Origin: Deltaproteobacteria bacterium
Lineage (GTDB): Archaea; Thermoplasmatota; Poseidoniia; Poseidoniales; Poseidoniaceae
NCBI GenBank assembly: GCA_028344335.1
Contig: JAOMAZ010000002.1
Span: 380-64,379, forward strand
Direction of reading: 5' to 3'
DNA: 64,000 bases
The notes below the pieces were generated by a model, which was given only the letters and a program-made list of their open reading frames with translations, was not told the origin of the DNA and ran no database searches. Shown here one piece after another: positions 60,190 to 64,000 of the stretch (positions are counted from its first letter, which is position 1; each line of letters opens with the position of its first letter). The position numbers were made by a program, and so were the translations under genes.

Positions 60190-60311
60190 GGGTGCACGGT
60201 CATAGCGGAGGTGTTTACCCGGTCCCATTCCGAACCCGGAAGTCAAGACCTCCTGCGTCTGTCCTTTTACTGTGGTGCGAGAGCCCACGGGAACGGCAGT
60301 CACTGTGCCCC
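60190..60311 (+). rRNA. rrf: 5S ribosomal RNA
   Basis: gggtgcacggtcatagcgg...cccattccgaacccggaagtcaag...ggtgcgagagcccacgggaa...cactgtgcccc matches conserved 5S loops, and the termini can pair. The length is about 122 nt. Confidence 0.9.
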
Positions 60312-60337
60312 TCTTCTTTCACTGGATTATCCCCGTA

Positions 60338-60343
60338 TTTTTT
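60338..60343 (+). terminator. Oligo-T tract downstream of 5S (candidate archaeal terminator)
   Basis: A T6 run lies 27 nt after the 5S 3' end. It is followed by a small hairpin (cccagt...actggg). Confidence 0.35.
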
Positions 60344-60459
60344 CCCAGTTCCAGTGCAACAAGTTACTGGGAATAACTAAATTATTGATATAATATCCCT
60401 TGGGATTTGTTCCCATATCATCAAGAAGGGTATGCTTCCGCAGAAGCCTGAGGGTCGCT

Positions 60460-61122
60460 ATGGGCATAGTCACAGGGGATGTATTTGGCTCTGACCAAAT
60501 TGGCGTATTCTTAGCTGTAGTTGGGAATACTGTTTTTCACCCTCTCGAATTGGAGCAAGATGTTGTTGAAACAATAGAATCAACTCTTGAACTTGAAACA
60601 AAGGGAATTTTAATCGGAGGTTCAAGATTAATTGGTAGCCTTCTTGCAGGTAATTCAAAAGGTATAGCAGTGGCGGATTTAGCCACTGAAAGAGATATTG
60701 ACGAGTTGACATCCTATGGCGACGTTGTAGTTATGGAAAGCGGAATTAATACTGCAGGTAATCTTCTAGTCTGTACTGATCATGGTGTTATTGCCAGTAC
60801 TGATTTGCCAGATGAGGGATTGGCAATTCTTGGTGAAGTCATGCAAGTCGATATCGGCTGTACTACTGTTGCAGGGCAATCAATTGTTGGGAGCCTTGCT
60901 GCTGCAAATAGCAAAGGAATTCTTCTTCACCCTGACGTTCGAAGCGAAGAAATTGAAATAATTCAACAAGTAATGGATGTTCCACCCATGGTTGGAACTG
61001 TTGCTAGAGGTTCTCCATTCATAGGTTCTGGAATGGCATGTTCAGATTCAGGTGTATTCACCGCTAAGGAAACAACTGGTCCGGAATTGAATAGAATTGA
61101 AGATGCACTTGGTTTAATTTAA
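60460..61122 (+). CDS. eif6: Translation initiation factor 6 (aIF6/eIF6)
   Basis: The 220-aa protein has five pentein-like repeats with recurring [IV]G-S/T-x-x-x-x-N/S-x-x-G (IGVFLAVVGN, IGSLLAGNSKGIAV, AGNLLVCTDHGVI, VGSLAAANSKGILL, IGSGMACSDSGVF). The ATG is at 60460. Confidence 0.88.
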   Translation: MGIVTGDVFGSDQIGVFLAVVGNTVFHPLELEQDVVETIESTLELETKGILIGGSRLIGSLLAGNSKGIAVADLATERDIDELTSYGDVVVMESGINTAGNLLVCTDHGVIASTDLPDEGLAILGEVMQVDIGCTTVAGQSIVGSLAAANSKGILLHPDVRSEEIEIIQQVMDVPPMVGTVARGSPFIGSGMACSDSGVFTAKETTGPELNRIEDALGLI

Positions 61123-61225
61123 GGTACAGACTATCCAAAGAGTGTTTAGAGCCATTCCAAATTCAAGGAATAAGGAATGAGTTTGACGCCAATGTTGAAA
61201 GACGGCTCGCGTAAGCAATTACCCA

Positions 61226-62137
61226 ATGGGAGAACTACTCTACTCTGGAAAAGTCAAGCAAGTTTGGTCTACTGACGATTCAAATGTCATTGAATTTAGG
61301 TATACCGACCAAATTTCGGTATTTGATCAGATTATCCCAAGCCTAATTCCACGAAAAGGTGAGAGTCTAAATCGTGCTTCTTGTCATTGGCTGAAAATGG
61401 TAGAAGATGAAGGAATATGCGAGACTCATCTAATCGAGATGAATGCACCAGATAGGGTCTTAGCACGACGCTTCGATGTCATTCGTGAAGCCGGAGCAAT
61501 ACCTTCAGACATGGAAAATGTATTTGTTCCATTGGAAGTAATCTGCCGACATTACCTTGCAGGTGGAGGCTGGAGAAGGTATGCCCGTGGTGAAGTTGGA
61601 GCCGAAGAGTTTGGCTTTGAGGCTGGCACAGTTCTAGAAGAGGGAGTGAAACTTCCAGTGCCCTATCTAGAGGTTTCAACTAAATTCGAAGTCTTTGACC
61701 GCTTGCTAACAACTGAAGAGGCCCTTCAAATTTCTAACTTGAGTCTTGAAGAATTTGAAGCGATAAAAGAAATCGTTCTAAAAATAGATCAATTAATCGA
61801 AAGAGAAGCGGGAAAAAGAGGTTTGATTCATGTTGATGGAAAGAAGGAATTTGCCTTAGGCCCTAACAGAATCCCTGTGCTCGTAGATAGTTTTGGCACC
61901 CTTGATGAAGACCGTTGGTGGGATAAAAAAGAACATGATAACGGCGAAATAGTTCAATTATCAAAAGAATTTGTCAGGAGTCATTACTTAGGAAGTGGCC
62001 ACCATACTCAATTATCCAAGGCTCGAAATGAAGGAGGCGAAGAACCTCCAATCCCCGCATTGCCTCAATCTATGATTGATAGAACTGCTGATTTGTACGC
62101 CTCGATGTTCGAAAGGTTGACCGGCGAGGAATTCTAA
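61226..62137 (+). CDS. purC: Phosphoribosylaminoimidazole-succinocarboxamide (SAICAR) synthase
   Basis: LLYSGKVKQVWSTDD...IEFRYTDQISVFD is a typical PurC N-terminus. LIHVDGKKEF and DSFGTLDEDRWW are also present. Confidence 0.9.
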   Translation: MGELLYSGKVKQVWSTDDSNVIEFRYTDQISVFDQIIPSLIPRKGESLNRASCHWLKMVEDEGICETHLIEMNAPDRVLARRFDVIREAGAIPSDMENVFVPLEVICRHYLAGGGWRRYARGEVGAEEFGFEAGTVLEEGVKLPVPYLEVSTKFEVFDRLLTTEEALQISNLSLEEFEAIKEIVLKIDQLIEREAGKRGLIHVDGKKEFALGPNRIPVLVDSFGTLDEDRWWDKKEHDNGEIVQLSKEFVRSHYLGSGHHTQLSKARNEGGEEPPIPALPQSMIDRTADLYASMFERLTGEEF

Positions 62138-62144
62138 AATCCTC

Positions 62145-62783
62145 TCAACCATGTCTGCGAAAGACAATCCCCCAACCTCTTGAGTGAGCACTACGCAAGA
62201 TCATCATCAGGTGCTTGACAACCTCCATGACACCTCCGTCATATAATTCATGAGAAGAAACCCCCCAAGGTGATTTTTGTAATTCTTGGCGGAGAATTGA
62301 TACTTCATCTGCAGATAGCCAACCTCTTAATTCCAAGCCACCAAAGCCCCTTCCGAAACGGGAATGTCCGAGTTGTTCTTCGCTAAGACATCCTTGCAAT
62401 TTACTCAAAAGAGTGAGGATTTCAGAGCCGTCTTCCTGAACTAAGTAGTCCTCTAAGTAGGTCAGCGGAGAGCCATCAGAACTTGGATATCTGCCCAACT
62501 TCTCTCGCGCTCGGCCTTTGTCAAGGGATTCCATGCTTCCGTCGTCCTTCCTAATACTAGACAAGACCCAGAGTAAAGTTGCATTATCCCAAGATAAGTC
62601 GCTTCGAGATGAAATATCTTTCTGGCCTTCAGAAGCTAAACGCTTTGAAACTTCATTATTTTTTCTGATTAAATCCCTGAATGAGTTATCATCATCACTT
62701 TGAAGGGATGAAATTAATTGCGAAAAGATATCACTTTCGATTGCATCGAAAGTATAGAATGCCTGAGTATTGCCACTTGCCAT
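62145..62783 (-). CDS. Hypothetical protein
   Basis: This is a clean 212-aa ORF with an ATG start. I recognise no motif. Confidence 0.45.
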   Translation of the reverse strand: MASGNTQAFYTFDAIESDIFSQLISSLQSDDDNSFRDLIRKNNEVSKRLASEGQKDISSRSDLSWDNATLLWVLSSIRKDDGSMESLDKGRAREKLGRYPSSDGSPLTYLEDYLVQEDGSEILTLLSKLQGCLSEEQLGHSRFGRGFGGLELRGWLSADEVSILRQELQKSPWGVSSHELYDGGVMEVVKHLMMILRSAHSRGWGIVFRRHG

Positions 62784-62813
62784 TTCAAAACCCCGAGATA
62801 TTTGATCAAGTTC

Positions 62814-64000
62814 TCAATCTATGCCTCTGCGTGAAAACATGTCTTCTATTCTCTGCTCAATATCACCATCATTGTCCTTTGCAACTTCCTCTCTTGCAGA
62901 GGCACGTAATTGCTTAATGCGGTCTCTAATATCCGTACCTAATTGTGGAGATTCTTCCACAATCTCTTCTTGGATCTCTTCTCCCTCATTTTGTTCTTCC
63001 ACATCAGTGCTTGGTAATACAGATACTTTGTCTTCTGATTCAAGATACAATCCTTGGTCGATATTTTCGCTATTAATTGGGCTAGGTATCTCAATAGTCG
63101 GGGTTTTCTTTTCTTGGATTGATTTTCCTCCATCCTCATCGGAACTAATTTTTGAGGCTGAAGGCAGAAGCAGCCCTGCCCACCAAAGACCAACCAACAC
63201 TAAGATGGCGATGCCGCTACTCCAAATTATTCCAGACTCAACAATTTCAGTAGTTTCCATTTTTGATAAAACGATGAATGCAGAATCATCTGAGGCATCA
63301 TCATCTACATCATAAGGAGCATCACAGAATAATGTCGCAATTACCTTTTCACCATCACTGACAGGAGGTCTATCTAGGTCGAGTATCGGAACGTGGTCTG
63401 ATGAAACTAAATCTATGGACCAGATTCCACTCCATCCTGAGGTGTTTAATTGCAACCAGCAATCAATATTCTCCAACACTTGTTCATTGCTTCTAGATAA
63501 GCCAATTCTAAGGTCCCCCGAATCCAATTCATTTAGGTAAGAAACCCCAATATTCCAGCCACTTGCACTGATCGAAATTCCTTCCTCATCACTTGATAGA
63601 GTTCTACCGTGTGAATCTACCAGTTTAATCTGTAAATTGTGCTTACCTGGAATCGCTTCCCAATTTGATGAAGTGATATTAATGATCAACGAATCATCAA
63701 TAGGTGCGTTGAAAGTTGATGAGTGAATTATTTCCCCTGATTTTGTAGATAAAATAATTGTAGCACTCATACTTGAACTACCATTCTGAATAGTACAACT
63801 GGCTAAAGTAGCACTGCCATTATGGGTTGGTTTCCCGAGTGTAGCAGCAACTGAAGAAATAATCACACATGAGACTCCCCGATTATTTAGGGGAATGGAC
63901 TCAATATGCAGGGGCAACTCTTCAGATGAATCCGAATTGACGACACTCGCAGTTAGGTCTGTTGAAGCCGAAGGAATTGTCAACCACCATACACTTCCAT
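62814..64000 (-). CDS. Surface protein with C-terminal TM anchor and acidic cytoplasmic tail; N-terminus lies beyond the window edge
   Basis: The frame stays open to base 64000; the TTG at 63983 is internal. The TM is GIIWSSGIAILVLVGLWWAGLLL. An E/D-rich tail follows. Confidence 0.65.
   Translation of the reverse strand, partial: GSVWWLTIPSASTDLTASVVNSDSSEELPLHIESIPLNNRGVSCVIISSVAATLGKPTHNGSATLASCTIQNGSSSMSATIILSTKSGEIIHSSTFNAPIDDSLIINITSSNWEAIPGKHNLQIKLVDSHGRTLSSDEEGISISASGWNIGVSYLNELDSGDLRIGLSRSNEQVLENIDCWLQLNTSGWSGIWSIDLVSSDHVPILDLDRPPVSDGEKVIATLFCDAPYDVDDDASDDSAFIVLSKMETTEIVESGIIWSSGIAILVLVGLWWAGLLLPSASKISSDEDGGKSIQEKKTPTIEIPSPINSENIDQGLYLESEDKVSVLPSTDVEEQNEGEEIQEEIVEESPQLGTDIRDRIKQLRASAREEVAKDNDGDIEQRIEDMFSRRGID

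Noticed and set aside
61176-61225. A short upstream ORF (atgagtttgacgcca..., about 33 codons) overlaps the purC start in another frame and was considered as a leader peptide or attenuator.
   Set aside because: It has no recognisable regulatory codon pattern or terminator/antiterminator structure. Such short ORFs are expected by chance.

Overview
The window reads as an archaeal chromosomal segment. The markers are aIF6, S15P/S13e, RNase P Rpp21, archaeal-type GluRS, PheRS beta, type II GAPDH, ArcS and class III signal peptides. A marine Thermoplasmatota-like euryarchaeon (Marine Group II/III type) seems the best fit, but that is inference only. Ordinary housekeeping genes are interleaved with an unusually dense set of giant secreted or membrane-anchored proteins, which by my coordinate sums cover roughly 45-50% of the bases. 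These include a 1.9k-aa protein with more than 20 thrombospondin type 3 (TSP3) calcium-binding repeats around a beta-propeller, a 1.8k-aa Asp-box protein, a 1.6k-aa membrane-anchored subtilase, several 700-850-aa single-pass proteins, and a three-gene operon of pilin-like proteins. A 23S-5S rRNA unit is present with no linked 16S. I saw no CRISPR array, tRNA, transposase, integrase or obvious prophage.

The observations most worth a second look are:
- A shared cytoplasmic C-terminal tail module (TM, acidic, Pro-rich, then GLPxGWTxxQWxHYGxxWLxxQ) on otherwise unrelated giant surface proteins.
- A wHTH-STAND-TPR ATPase at the edge of the surface-protein cluster.
- A pilin-like operon with no assembly machinery in the window.
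- An apparently intact pyroglutamyl-peptidase/Nudix fusion.
- A GXGXG beta-helix fused to a TIM-barrel-like domain.
- A possibly degenerate RecJ/Cdc45-like gene next to rps15.

All domain calls come from motif recognition by eye. No searches were run.
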